Shown piece by piece: positions 47,189 through 56,990 of a stretch of 64,000 nucleotides of DNA. The stretch's first letter is position 1. Each line of letters opens with the position of its first letter. The stretch comes from Gammaproteobacteria bacterium (GTDB lineage Bacteria > Pseudomonadota > Gammaproteobacteria > UBA4575), in NCBI GenBank assembly GCA_965221955.1, contig CBDCTA010000029.1, positions 288,001-352,000 on the forward strand. The letters run 5' to 3'. The translations under genes were made by a program, and so were the position numbers. The notes beneath the pieces are model-generated. The model did not search any database and was not told where the DNA came from. It saw only the letters and a list, made by a program, of their open reading frames with translations.

Positions 47189-47310
47189 AATTATGTGCTT
47201 ACATAATTAAGCATAACTAACTGTAAAGGACTTGTATCTTAGATGTTCTGGGTTTGTATGTTAGAAAGCAGGTTCTAGTATTTGTTCCCTAGGCAAAGTA
47301 TGTATTTTAT

Positions 47311-47964
47311 TTATTCTTGTCGAAATGCTCGATGCAGCCAATAATCAATACTGAAATACTTGCCTGCGCCAATGAAAAATAAAACCAGCAACATAATTAA
47401 ATAGGTTGTGGCAAATTCGATACCATTATTCAAAACGACAAAATTTCCTTTTTCCGTTAACCATGAATAGTTACCATGTTTTTTAAGTAAAGACTTCGCT
47501 GCACTAACACGCTTTCCAACTTCTTCACTGTTTTCTAAACTACGTTTTGCGGCGGGGATTCCAATTGCAGCAAGCGGTTTTGCAGTACTTGTGGATGGAT
47601 CACCTGGAGCAATTGCAAACCAACCATCATCCCAGTGCACAGCGAAAATCGCTACTAACATGGTAATCATGAGAGGAATGGCAAACCAACGGACTGCAAC
47701 ACCAAACAATAATGCAAAGCCGCCAATTAATTCCGTTAAAGCCGCAAGGTATGCAAGAAGCGTGGGTGCAGGTAGCCCTAAGCCCCAATCCGGATTGCCT
47801 AACCAATTGGCAAAGTCTTCGATACCCGTAATTTTAGTTAAACCTGCTGCGATAAAAATAGGTGCGAGATAAAGGCGTAATGCAAGTGGTCCAAGAAAAT
47901 CGATGCCACGAAATTTATCTAAAATATTTTGTAACGAGTTTGCTGTGCCAATTAATGCCGACAT
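47311..47964 (-). CDS. DoxX-family membrane protein (HvfX-like)
   Basis: LRLYLAPIF..AG..K, WGLGLP.P, VAIFAVHW..GW, LNNGIEF, GAGKYFSID. Confidence 0.9.
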   Translation of the reverse strand: MSALIGTANSLQNILDKFRGIDFLGPLALRLYLAPIFIAAGLTKITGIEDFANWLGNPDWGLGLPAPTLLAYLAALTELIGGFALLFGVAVRWFAIPLMITMLVAIFAVHWDDGWFAIAPGDPSTSTAKPLAAIGIPAAKRSLENSEEVGKRVSAAKSLLKKHGNYSWLTEKGNFVVLNNGIEFATTYLIMLLVLFFIGAGKYFSIDYWLHRAFRQE

Positions 47965-48009
47965 GTGTCGCTCCTTAAGTATTGATTATTTATTTTATTT
48001 ACTCGAGCC

Positions 48010-49506
48010 CTATGAAGTTACAGGGTCAGGATATAATTCATTCAATGGGACTGATTTACCATCTGGTCGAACCATGCGCGCATGGAACCGACGTAACTGA
48101 CGTGGTTCATGTACTCCACAAGAATGTGCAATCACTCCTACTTCATGGACCATGTTCTGGGCGTAATTTCTTACACGCTCGGCTTTAATTTTTGGATCTA
48201 AACCGGTTTGAAGCTTTTTATTGTGAGTGGTGATGCCAGTTGGGCAAGTGTTTTTATTGCATTGTAGAGCTTGTATGCATCCTAAGGAAAACATAAACCC
48301 ACGAGCAGAATTTACAAAATCTGCACCGACTGCAAAAGCCCAGGCCACTTCAGCGGGTGTGATGAGTTTTCCAGAGGCAGCAACTTTTATACGATCACGT
48401 AAGGCATGCATTTTTAGGCGGTCCACCACTAGTGGGAGGCTTTCTTCAATTGGTAAACCCATGTAGTCAATTAAACTCATCGGTGCTGCACCCGTTCCAC
48501 CGTCTGCACTGTCAATAGTAATAAAATCAGGAGCGGACTCTTTTCCGCGTTTATTAATGGCTTCAAATAGTTCATCGAGCCAACCGTATGCACCGATAAC
48601 ACATTTGAACCCAACCGGTTTTCCTGTTACATCGCGTATGTGATTCAACACATTCAATAAATCATCTGTGCTATCAATTTCAGGATGACGATTGGGGCTA
48701 ATTGAATCTGAACCTACAGGTATACCTCTTATTTTTGAGATTTCTTCGGTCACTTTATTGCCCGGTAAAATTCCACCTTTTCCAGGTTTTGCGCCTTGAC
48801 TTAGTTTGAGTTCGAACATTTTTACTTGATCAAGAGCCGCTACTTCGCGCAATTTTTCATCACTTAAATTTCCTTCAGCATCACGCACTCCATATTTTGC
48901 TGTGCCAATTTGAAATACGATATCTGCACCACCTTCTATATGGAAAGGGGATAAACCGCCTTCACCCGTGTTCATCCAACAACCTGCCATGCGCGCACCA
49001 TTTGAAAGTGCAAGTACAGCAGGCTTTGAAATCGCGCCATAGCTCATACCTGAAATATTAAAAATCGAGTCAGTTGTATAGGGATGAGTAGTATATGGAC
49101 CGATGGTGACATTACTTGTTGGTGCTGCATCTCGATCCAGAGTGGGATACGGACAATTAACAAATAACACTGTGCCAGTAGGGCGCAAATCTCGTGTAGA
49201 GCCAAATGCTACGGTGTTATCGATATTTTTTGCTGCACGATATACCCATGAACGCTCAGCGCGATTAAACGGCAGTTCTTCGCGATCCATGGCGAAAAAA
49301 TATTGACGGAAGAACTCTCCTAATTCTTCAAAGAAATAGCGAAATCGGCCGATAACAGGGAAATTATGCCGAATTGCGTGCGCAGTCTGAGATTTATCTA
49401 TGATGTATAGAACAGCAATGATGACAACAAGCAGCCCTAAAGTAAAAATAAATAGTAAGGCGGCGATTTCTAAAAATCGGATGACAAAAATAGGTAATTC
49501 GGACAT
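48010..49506 (-). CDS. FMN-binding glutamate synthase-family protein
   Basis: SGMSYGAIS, NTGEGG, ELKLSQGAKPGKGG, DGGTGAAP, CIQALQCNKNTCPTG. Confidence 0.92.
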   Translation of the reverse strand: MSELPIFVIRFLEIAALLFIFTLGLLVVIIAVLYIIDKSQTAHAIRHNFPVIGRFRYFFEELGEFFRQYFFAMDREELPFNRAERSWVYRAAKNIDNTVAFGSTRDLRPTGTVLFVNCPYPTLDRDAAPTSNVTIGPYTTHPYTTDSIFNISGMSYGAISKPAVLALSNGARMAGCWMNTGEGGLSPFHIEGGADIVFQIGTAKYGVRDAEGNLSDEKLREVAALDQVKMFELKLSQGAKPGKGGILPGNKVTEEISKIRGIPVGSDSISPNRHPEIDSTDDLLNVLNHIRDVTGKPVGFKCVIGAYGWLDELFEAINKRGKESAPDFITIDSADGGTGAAPMSLIDYMGLPIEESLPLVVDRLKMHALRDRIKVAASGKLITPAEVAWAFAVGADFVNSARGFMFSLGCIQALQCNKNTCPTGITTHNKKLQTGLDPKIKAERVRNYAQNMVHEVGVIAHSCGVHEPRQLRRFHARMVRPDGKSVPLNELYPDPVTS

Positions 49507-49802
49507 GCGATCTTCCCTTAATTATTGTTTTAGTGAGCTTGGGATAGATGAACGGATTTTAACACAATATATTTCACTAATATTTATGAATAGAAAGAGT
49601 AATGTACAAGCTGTTTAAAGTGTATATGTTAGTGAATGCTTATATTCATGAAAAATTGCAGCGTGCTTAATTGATGCAGCGTACACTTTGTATTTAGCTG
49701 TAATAATAAAACTTAATCACGGTTCTAATGAGCAAGACGGACTACAAAGCAAGATAAATTTAAAAAATAGTTGGTAGAAATATTTTTTTATAGGGGTTAT
49801 TC

Positions 49803-51455
49803 ATGAAAGCGTCAGATCTTTTTGTTAAATGTTTAGAAGAAGAAAATATTGAATATATTTTTGGCGTACCAGGAGAAGAAAATGCCGATTTTATGATTTC
49901 ATTAGAAGATTCTAAAAAAATAAAATTTATTCTTACGCGACATGAGCAAGGCGCGGCTTTCATGGCAGAAATATACGGCCGTCTTACCGGTAACCCTGCA
50001 GGTTGTTTAGGCACATTAGGGCCGGGTGCAACAAATTTAATTACTGGTGTTGCGGATTCAAACATGGATCGAGCACCGATGCTGGTATTAACTGGACAAG
50101 GCTCAACACAACGTTTGCATAAGGAATCACACCAGATCATGGATGTGGTGAAAATGTTTGAACCAGTAACTAAGTGGGCAACTACTGTGTTACATCCGGA
50201 GACCATTCCTGAAATCGTACGTAAAGCAGTACGTGTTGCGCGCACTGAAAAACCTGGGGCTGTACATATAGAGCTGCCGGAAGACCTCGCTAAAGAAGAA
50301 ACTGCTAGCAAACCCATAAAGCCACAACGTTATATGCGTTCGGTGCCGGATGAAGAAGTCATTGATAATGCCTTTGAAGTCATTGCAAGCAGTAAACGTC
50401 CAATTATATTGGCAGGCAACGGTGTCGTTCGAAAAAATGCGAGTAAGCAACTACGTAAATTTTGTGAGCTCACAGATATCGGCGTCATGAGTACTTTTAT
50501 GGCAAAAGGATGTGTAGATAAAGATTCCGAACATTGTTTATTTACCATCGGTTTAGGAAGTCGTGATCGCATGTCATTTTTGATTGATGATGCAGATGTC
50601 GTCATTACATTGGGGTTTGATATGGTCGAATACCATCCCAGTTTATGGAACCCAAACTGTGATAAAAAAATCATCCATGCAGATTTCTTACCAGCAGAAA
50701 TAGATCAACATTATCATCCGCAAATCGAGTTAATTGGCGACCTTGAACATACACTTGAAGAATTGAATGTTCGCGCAAAGGCACGCGCGAAATTTTTGTA
50801 TGACACTTCTAAACAAAAACAAGTGCGTCAAGACATGCTGGAAGATCTTGCTGAGTATAAAGATGACGATACAAAAGGAAGTGTAAGACCGCAGAAAGCA
50901 CTTTGGGATGCACGCCAAGTATTAGGCCCGGATGATATTTTGTTATCCGATGTAGGTGCACATAAAATGTGGATTGCACGTTATTTTCATTGTCATGAGC
51001 CAAATACTTGTTTAATTCCAAATGGATTTTGTTCTATGGGTTTTGCATTACCTGGAGCGATAGCAGCCAATATGGTTTATCCAGACCGTCGTATTCTCGG
51101 GATTGCTGGAGATGCGGGTTTCTTGATGAATGTGCAGGAAATGGAAACGGCTAAGCGACTTAATAGTAATATCGTGATGATGGTGTGGGAAGACCATGAA
51201 TATGGCTTAATCGCATGGAAACAACAAAATGAGTTTGGTAAGCACACGGATCTTGCATTTGAAAACCCTGATTGGGAGTTGTTGGCTAAATCATTTGGTT
51301 GGAATGGTTATCTAGTAGAAAACAGTAAAGTTTTACAATCTACTTTAGAAACTGCTTTCAATGATGGCTCGCCGAGTTTAGTTGTAGTGCCCATTGATTA
51401 TCGAGAAAACATGCTGCTTACTAAACGCCTTGGTGAATTAACGCTGCATATGTAG
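49803..51455 (+). CDS. ThDP-dependent acetolactate-synthase-like enzyme, probably 2-oxoglutarate decarboxylase
   Basis: FG.PGEEN, RHEQGAAFMA, TLGPGATN, HKESHQ, SDVGAHKMW, GDAGFLMN; no ilvH partner; followed by an ALDH gene. Confidence 0.8.
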   Translation: MKASDLFVKCLEEENIEYIFGVPGEENADFMISLEDSKKIKFILTRHEQGAAFMAEIYGRLTGNPAGCLGTLGPGATNLITGVADSNMDRAPMLVLTGQGSTQRLHKESHQIMDVVKMFEPVTKWATTVLHPETIPEIVRKAVRVARTEKPGAVHIELPEDLAKEETASKPIKPQRYMRSVPDEEVIDNAFEVIASSKRPIILAGNGVVRKNASKQLRKFCELTDIGVMSTFMAKGCVDKDSEHCLFTIGLGSRDRMSFLIDDADVVITLGFDMVEYHPSLWNPNCDKKIIHADFLPAEIDQHYHPQIELIGDLEHTLEELNVRAKARAKFLYDTSKQKQVRQDMLEDLAEYKDDDTKGSVRPQKALWDARQVLGPDDILLSDVGAHKMWIARYFHCHEPNTCLIPNGFCSMGFALPGAIAANMVYPDRRILGIAGDAGFLMNVQEMETAKRLNSNIVMMVWEDHEYGLIAWKQQNEFGKHTDLAFENPDWELLAKSFGWNGYLVENSKVLQSTLETAFNDGSPSLVVVPIDYRENMLLTKRLGELTLHM

Positions 51456-51469
51456 TAGCGAATTAAATC

Positions 51470-52912
51470 ATGAGTAATAAGAAATATTCATTGATGTTGC
51501 ACAATGCTTCTGATGCAGCGGGTGTGCTAGAAGTCCATGCGCCTTATGATCTTTCTATCATTGCTGAGGTAGAAACTGTCAACGCAGAGCACATTGAACA
51601 AGCGATGAGTGTAGCGTATTCGCTTTACCGCGATAAAAGTTGCTGGCTGCCTTTGCATAAACGCATCGAAATCCTTGAGAAAACAGCGCAAATCATGTCT
51701 CAAGATCAAGAGCGATTAGCAGTAGAGGCAGCAAGAGAGGGAGGCAAGCCATTGCTTGATTCCAAAGTTGAAGTTGCACGTGCAATTGATGGGATTCACT
51801 TATGCATTGAAACGTTAAAGACTGAGCAAGGTGATGTGATTCCTATGGGCATGTCGCCATCATCTGAAAAACGGATCGCATTTACACAAAAAGAGCCTAT
51901 AGGAGTAGTAGTTGCGGTAAGTGCTTTTAATCACCCGTTAAACTTAATCGTTCATCAAGTTGCCGCTGCAATTGCTGCAGGCTGTCCAGTAATTGTAAAA
52001 CCTGCTGAAGATACTCCACTCTCGTGTCTAAATTTTGTAGAAATTTTATGGAAGGCAGGTCTACCCACCGAGTGGTGCCAAGCGGTTGTACCAGAAGATA
52101 TAACTGTTGCGGAAAAGTTAGTTACCGATGAAAGAGTTGGTTTTTTTAGTTTTATAGGCAGCGCAAAAGTAGGTTGGATGTTGCGTTCAAAATTAGCGCC
52201 GGGTGTGCGTTGTGCGTTAGAGCATGGAGGTGCAGCGCCCGTTATCGTTGCTCAAGATGCTGACTTAAATATGATGATTCCAAAATTAGGTAAGGGTGGT
52301 TTTTATCATGCAGGTCAGGTTTGTGTTTCTGTACAGCGAATTTTTGCGCATAAAAATGCATTTAAATCTGTTGTAGAGCAACTTTCTTCTTATGCGCAAC
52401 AACAACGTATAGGTGATCCAACTTTGGCTGAAACAGAAGTAGGGCCTTTAATTCGTCCAGTAGAAGTTCAACGCATTGAGACTTGGGTGAACGAAGCGAA
52501 GTCTGAAGGAGCGGAATGTGTTGTGGGTGGCAATTCAATGAACGATACTTGTTATGAATGCACGGTTTTAGCTAAACCAGCATACGAAAGTAAAGTGAGT
52601 TCAGCAGAAATATTTGGTCCAGTTATTTGTGTGTATGAGTTTGATGAGCTTGATCAAGCGTTAATACAAGCAAACTCATTGCCTTTTTCATTTCAAGCCG
52701 CAGTATTTACTAGCAATATTGACACGGCTATGCGTGTATACAAACGTATTGATGCATCTGCAGTCATGTTAAATGACCATACGGCTTTTCGTGTAGACGG
52801 AATGCCGTTTGCAGGATTAAAACAATCAGGACTTGGTGTAGGTGGTATCCCTTATACCATTGAAGATATGCAAGTGAATAAAATGCTTGTGATGAACTCA
52901 CCTGAGCTCTAA
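51470..52912 (+). CDS. Aldehyde dehydrogenase (possible succinic semialdehyde dehydrogenase)
   Basis: AFNHP, VKPA, FIGS, LEHGG, AGQVCVS, EIFGP, PFAG.K.SG. Confidence 0.88.
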   Translation: MSNKKYSLMLHNASDAAGVLEVHAPYDLSIIAEVETVNAEHIEQAMSVAYSLYRDKSCWLPLHKRIEILEKTAQIMSQDQERLAVEAAREGGKPLLDSKVEVARAIDGIHLCIETLKTEQGDVIPMGMSPSSEKRIAFTQKEPIGVVVAVSAFNHPLNLIVHQVAAAIAAGCPVIVKPAEDTPLSCLNFVEILWKAGLPTEWCQAVVPEDITVAEKLVTDERVGFFSFIGSAKVGWMLRSKLAPGVRCALEHGGAAPVIVAQDADLNMMIPKLGKGGFYHAGQVCVSVQRIFAHKNAFKSVVEQLSSYAQQQRIGDPTLAETEVGPLIRPVEVQRIETWVNEAKSEGAECVVGGNSMNDTCYECTVLAKPAYESKVSSAEIFGPVICVYEFDELDQALIQANSLPFSFQAAVFTSNIDTAMRVYKRIDASAVMLNDHTAFRVDGMPFAGLKQSGLGVGGIPYTIEDMQVNKMLVMNSPEL

Positions 52913-52931
52913 CTGGAGTCGCTAGTGGGAT

Positions 52932-52963
52932 AAAAAAACGGCGAACATATGTTCGCCGTTTTT
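52932..52963. terminator. Bidirectional intrinsic terminator
   Basis: AAAAAAACGGCGAACATATGTTCGCCGTTTTT between convergent genes. Confidence 0.85.
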
Positions 52964-52988
52964 CTTTATTTACGAGTAAAGGTGTAAA

Positions 52989-53513
52989 TTACTTCTCGCC
53001 GCATTTTCCTTCGCCGCACTTGCCTTCACCACAAGAGCCTTCTGCTTTGTTTTTGCTTTCACCGCATTTACCTTCGCCACATTTTCCTTCTTTGTGCTTC
53101 TTCATTTCATCTTTACTTAAAACACCGTCGTTATTGGCGTCTTTTTTATCAAAGCGTTGTTCTTTATGCTTCATGAACTCGTCTTTGCTGATCGATCCGT
53201 CGCCATCTGCATCCATCTTGCTCATATCACATTTACTTTTACCTTCGCCGCATTTTCCTTCACCGCACTTACCTTCGGCTTTCTTTTCGCCTTCACCGCA
53301 TTTACCTTCACCACATTTTCCTTCACCGCACTTGCCTTCACCACAAGAGCCTTCGGCATGGTTATCTGCAACCATGTAGCCAGATGATAAGGTTTTGATT
53401 TCAAAAGGATTCTCTTCAGCATTTGCAGCTGTCATAGTGAATGCGCTGGCAGCGAGTGCCGCACCGACTGCAGCAGCTAAAGGTTTAAGTTCATTTTTTT
53501 TCGACATATACAA
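52989..53513 (-). CDS. HvfA/oxazolin-type RiPP precursor with 11 EG[KS]CG repeats and two EF-hand motifs
   Basis: Sec signal, NPF...L.SGY motif, EGKCG repeats, DADGDGSISKDEF and DANNDGVLSKDEM. Confidence 0.88.
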   Translation of the reverse strand: MYMSKKNELKPLAAAVGAALAASAFTMTAANAEENPFEIKTLSSGYMVADNHAEGSCGEGKCGEGKCGEGKCGEGEKKAEGKCGEGKCGEGKSKCDMSKMDADGDGSISKDEFMKHKEQRFDKKDANNDGVLSKDEMKKHKEGKCGEGKCGESKNKAEGSCGEGKCGEGKCGEK

Positions 53514-53571
53514 TCTCCTATATGAGTTTTGTTGATATTGTTTAGAAACTAGAGTGGTTCTATTCCTTAAG

Positions 53572-53598
53572 GACCAGTTCTTATACTTATTTATTACA
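53572..53598 (-). promoter_or_regulatory. Putative ECF-sigma promoter upstream of the precursor gene
   Basis: Minus strand TGTAA-N17-TGGTC. Confidence 0.55.
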
Positions 53599-53713
53599 CT
53601 GATACAAAAACATTAAGTAGTGATTGAGTGTTTGGGTGTTTGAACGCTTAGAGGCAATATGGTTCAGAGGTATCCGTAATTCTTAAATTAAATTAATTTA
53701 ATTATTTTGTTAC

Positions 53714-54346
53714 TTATACTATCTTATGTTTGTACTCACAGAGGTCAATTATCGAGCACTCACCACATTTTGGATTTCGTGCTAAGCAGGTATATCGACC
53801 ATGTAGAATCAACCAATGGTGAGCATGTAATTTATATTCATCAGGTACAAATTTTTCTAACGCGAGCTCTACCTTGAGTACGTCTTTACCTGGTGCAATA
53901 CCGGTGCGGTTAGAGACTCGAAAAATATGTGTATCGACAGCTATCGTCGGTTGCCCAAAGGCATTATTAAGTATCACATTCGCAGTTTTTCGACCGACTC
54001 CAGGTAACTTTTGCAGTGTTTTGCGATCACGTGGTATGCGGCATTTATGTTCATCGATCAAAATCTTACATGTTTTGATGATGTTTTTAGCTTTGCTGTT
54101 ATAAAGCCCTATTGATTTAATATATTTTTTAAGTCCTGTTTCACCTAGGTCTAGTATTTTTTGCGGCGTATTCGCAACTTTATATAATTCTTTTGTGGCT
54201 TTGTTAACGCTGACATCGGTTGCTTGAGCAGAAAGTATTACTGCAATTAATAATTCAAAGTTGGATTTATGCACCAATTCAGTTCGAGGCGCAGGGTTTG
54301 CTTTTTTTAAGCGTCGAAAAATTTCGCTACGTTTTTCTTTGTTCAT
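53714..54346 (-). CDS. nth: Endonuclease III
   Basis: LLIAVILSAQATD, HhH LPGVGRKTANV, AVDTHIFRV, C-X6-C-X2-C-X5-C. Confidence 0.97.
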   Translation of the reverse strand: MNKEKRSEIFRRLKKANPAPRTELVHKSNFELLIAVILSAQATDVSVNKATKELYKVANTPQKILDLGETGLKKYIKSIGLYNSKAKNIIKTCKILIDEHKCRIPRDRKTLQKLPGVGRKTANVILNNAFGQPTIAVDTHIFRVSNRTGIAPGKDVLKVELALEKFVPDEYKLHAHHWLILHGRYTCLARNPKCGECSIIDLCEYKHKIV

Positions 54347-54354
54347 AACTAAGC

Positions 54355-54747
54355 TTAACGACTAAGTAATTCATTTTTTTTACGTTCAAATGCGTGCTGT
54401 TTTGCAATTTTTTCAGCATTGAGTCGTTGTTTGCGGCACTTTTTATTATTGCGCGAAAAAACTGCAAAGGTTTTTTTTAACTCAGTTATTTGATCAGCAG
54501 TTGAATTTTTACATACTAGTTGGAATTCGGTATTCACATTCAAGTCTATGCAATCTACCGGGCAGGGAGGTAAGCATAGTTTACAGCCTGTACAATATTG
54601 ACTGATGACAGTATGTAAATGTTTTGATGCACCGATTATGGCATCAAAAGGGCAAGCATTTATGCAAAGTGTACACCCTATGCATTCTTCTTCTCTTATG
54701 TAGGCGATATATTTGCCCGTTGGAATAATTTCGGTATTCGTTGCCAC
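54355..54747 (-). CDS. Short RnfB/RsxB-like 2x[4Fe-4S] ferredoxin
   Basis: [28 protein letters not shown]...[16 protein letters not shown]; lacks the RnfB N-terminal domain. Confidence 0.8.
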   Translation of the reverse strand: MATNTEIIPTGKYIAYIREEECIGCTLCINACPFDAIIGASKHLHTVISQYCTGCKLCLPPCPVDCIDLNVNTEFQLVCKNSTADQITELKKTFAVFSRNNKKCRKQRLNAEKIAKQHAFERKKNELLSR

Positions 54748-54750
54748 TTG

Positions 54751-56769
54751 TTACTTAACACGCATTCCAGGTTTAGCACCTGTGTCGGGCTGTAATAAGA
54801 ATATGTCCTTCTCACCTGGTCCGGCTGCCAGTACCATGCCTTCTGACATACCAAAACGCATTTTACGTGGTGCAAGGTTAGCAACGACTATTGTGAGCCG
54901 TCCTTCTATATCTTCGGGAGCATAGGCAGATTTAATACCGGTGAACACATTTTTTTGCACTCCACCAGTGGGTTCGCCCAAATCTAAAGTGAGTTGTAAT
55001 AGTTTGTCAGCGCCTTCTACATGCTCGGCTTTGAGGATTTTGGCCACTCTAAAGTCAAGCTTTGCAAAATCATCAAAGGTGATTTCCTCACTGATTGGAT
55101 CGCTAGCAACGGGTGTGGCATCTTGTTTTGAATCTTCAATCATTTTATCTATTGACTCTTTTTCAATTCGAGTTATCAAAGGTTTAAATTTATTAATCTC
55201 GTGTCCTTCGGGAAGAGGGTTTCCGTTGTAGAGTTTTTCCCAAGTAAATTCTGTGTTTAGAAATGTTTCTGATTTGGAGGCGAGTTCGGGTAATACAGGT
55301 TTTAAGTAGCCAATCAATAAACAAAACATGTTTAAGCCAAAGCTGCAGACTTGGTGTACTTCGGTTCGATTCTCATCTGCTTTAATTTTCTCCCACGGTT
55401 TATGAGCATCGATAATCTGATTGGCAATGTCTGCAACAGACATAATTACACGCATTGCTTCTGAATATTTACGCGACTCATAGTACATTTTGATTTGATT
55501 GTTTTTTTCTACAGCAAGATCAAAAGCGTGAGCGCATTCTTCATTAAAACTTGCAGTGAGTTTGGCGTCATATTTTTTAGTGATAAAGCCCGCACAGCGG
55601 CTGGCGATATTGACGAGTTTACCCACAACGTCGCTGTTTACACGTTGTTGAAAGTCTTCTAAATTTAAATCGATATCATTAACACCAGGTCCTAGCTTTG
55701 CAGCAAAGTAATAGCGCAAGTACTCTGGATTTAAATGCTCTAAATAAGTGCGGGCTTTGATAAAGGTACCGCGAGACTTCGACATTTTCTTTCCATCTAC
55801 AGTAAGAAAACCATGACAATAAACGGCCGTTGGAATTCGGTATTTTGCGCCATGTAACATCGCGGGCCAAAACAACATATGAAAGTAAGCGATGTCTTTA
55901 CCAATGAAGTGATACACTTCAGCATCGCTGTCTGGATTCCAATAGTGATTAAAATCCTTGCCAGTGCGATCACAGTATTGCTGTAGGCTGGCCATGTAAC
56001 CAATGGGCGCATCTAACCAGACATAAAAGTATTTGCCTGGTGCATCAGGAATTTCAAATCCAAAGTAAGGTGCATCGCGAGAGATGTCCCAATCTTGTAG
56101 GCCAGAATCAAACCATTCTTTTAGTTTGTTGGTAATTTCTGGTTGCAAGTTTTCTTGATTGATCCATTCTCCAAGCATGTCTTTAAAATCATTTAGTTTG
56201 AAAAAATAATGTAGATTTTCTTTTTGTATAGGAGTTGCGCCACTTACGGAAGAATATGGATTAATTAAATCTGCTGGAGTGTAGGTGGCACCACAGACCT
56301 CACAATTATCACCATACTGGTCTTTAGCATTGCACTTTGGGCATTCGCCTTTAACAAAGCGGTCAGGTAGAAAAACATTTTCTTTTGGGTCAAATAGATC
56401 CGTTACGGTTTTGGTAATGATGTGACCGTTTTCATTTAAACGCTGATAAATTGTTGAAGCGTGTTTTTTGTTTTCTTCAGAATGAGTGGAGTGATAGTTG
56501 TCAAATTCGATCAAAAAATCTGCGAAGTCTTTTTCATGTTCTAATTTTACTTTTGCGATGAGCTCTTCTGGTGTAATACCTTCTTGTTGTGCACGGAGCA
56601 TAATGGGTGTGCCATGCGCATCATCTGCGCAGATATAAATGCAATCATTTCCAGACATTTTTTGAAAACGTGACCAAATATCGGTTTGGATGTATTCGAC
56701 TAAATGGCCGATATGTATAGGGCCATTCGCATAGGGCAATGCGCTAGTGACGAGGATTGTTTTGTTCAA
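54751..56769 (-). CDS. metG: Methionyl-tRNA synthetase
   Basis: [18 protein letters not shown], Zn knuckle, C-terminal tRNA-binding domain. Confidence 0.98.
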   Translation of the reverse strand: MNKTILVTSALPYANGPIHIGHLVEYIQTDIWSRFQKMSGNDCIYICADDAHGTPIMLRAQQEGITPEELIAKVKLEHEKDFADFLIEFDNYHSTHSEENKKHASTIYQRLNENGHIITKTVTDLFDPKENVFLPDRFVKGECPKCNAKDQYGDNCEVCGATYTPADLINPYSSVSGATPIQKENLHYFFKLNDFKDMLGEWINQENLQPEITNKLKEWFDSGLQDWDISRDAPYFGFEIPDAPGKYFYVWLDAPIGYMASLQQYCDRTGKDFNHYWNPDSDAEVYHFIGKDIAYFHMLFWPAMLHGAKYRIPTAVYCHGFLTVDGKKMSKSRGTFIKARTYLEHLNPEYLRYYFAAKLGPGVNDIDLNLEDFQQRVNSDVVGKLVNIASRCAGFITKKYDAKLTASFNEECAHAFDLAVEKNNQIKMYYESRKYSEAMRVIMSVADIANQIIDAHKPWEKIKADENRTEVHQVCSFGLNMFCLLIGYLKPVLPELASKSETFLNTEFTWEKLYNGNPLPEGHEINKFKPLITRIEKESIDKMIEDSKQDATPVASDPISEEITFDDFAKLDFRVAKILKAEHVEGADKLLQLTLDLGEPTGGVQKNVFTGIKSAYAPEDIEGRLTIVVANLAPRKMRFGMSEGMVLAAGPGEKDIFLLQPDTGAKPGMRVK

Positions 56770-56990
56770 AATAATTCTTATTCGTTTATGTAAATTGCTT
56801 GTTTCTTAGCTTGCAATTTCTAAGGCGCTGGCTACCTTAACAGCTCCTCAATAAAACCGCTATTTTGCTTACGATTCCTTAGTAGTTAGCTACTCAAATA
56901 GGGATCTTTGCTGCTTATCCTGGCGTGATATAGTACAGATAATTCATAAGGGTTCCCCATATACCCCATAAATTCAGGAGAATTATAAGC

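Noticed and set aside
49760-50317. 185-aa minus-strand ORF
   Set aside because: Antisense shadow of the ThDP enzyme gene.
52989-53360. 15-bp tandem DNA repeats (CCTTCACCGCA-like) as a CRISPR or VNTR
   Set aside because: They are the coding EGKCG repeats, varying at synonymous positions. The antisense ORF 53020-53379 (PSPH repeats) is their shadow.
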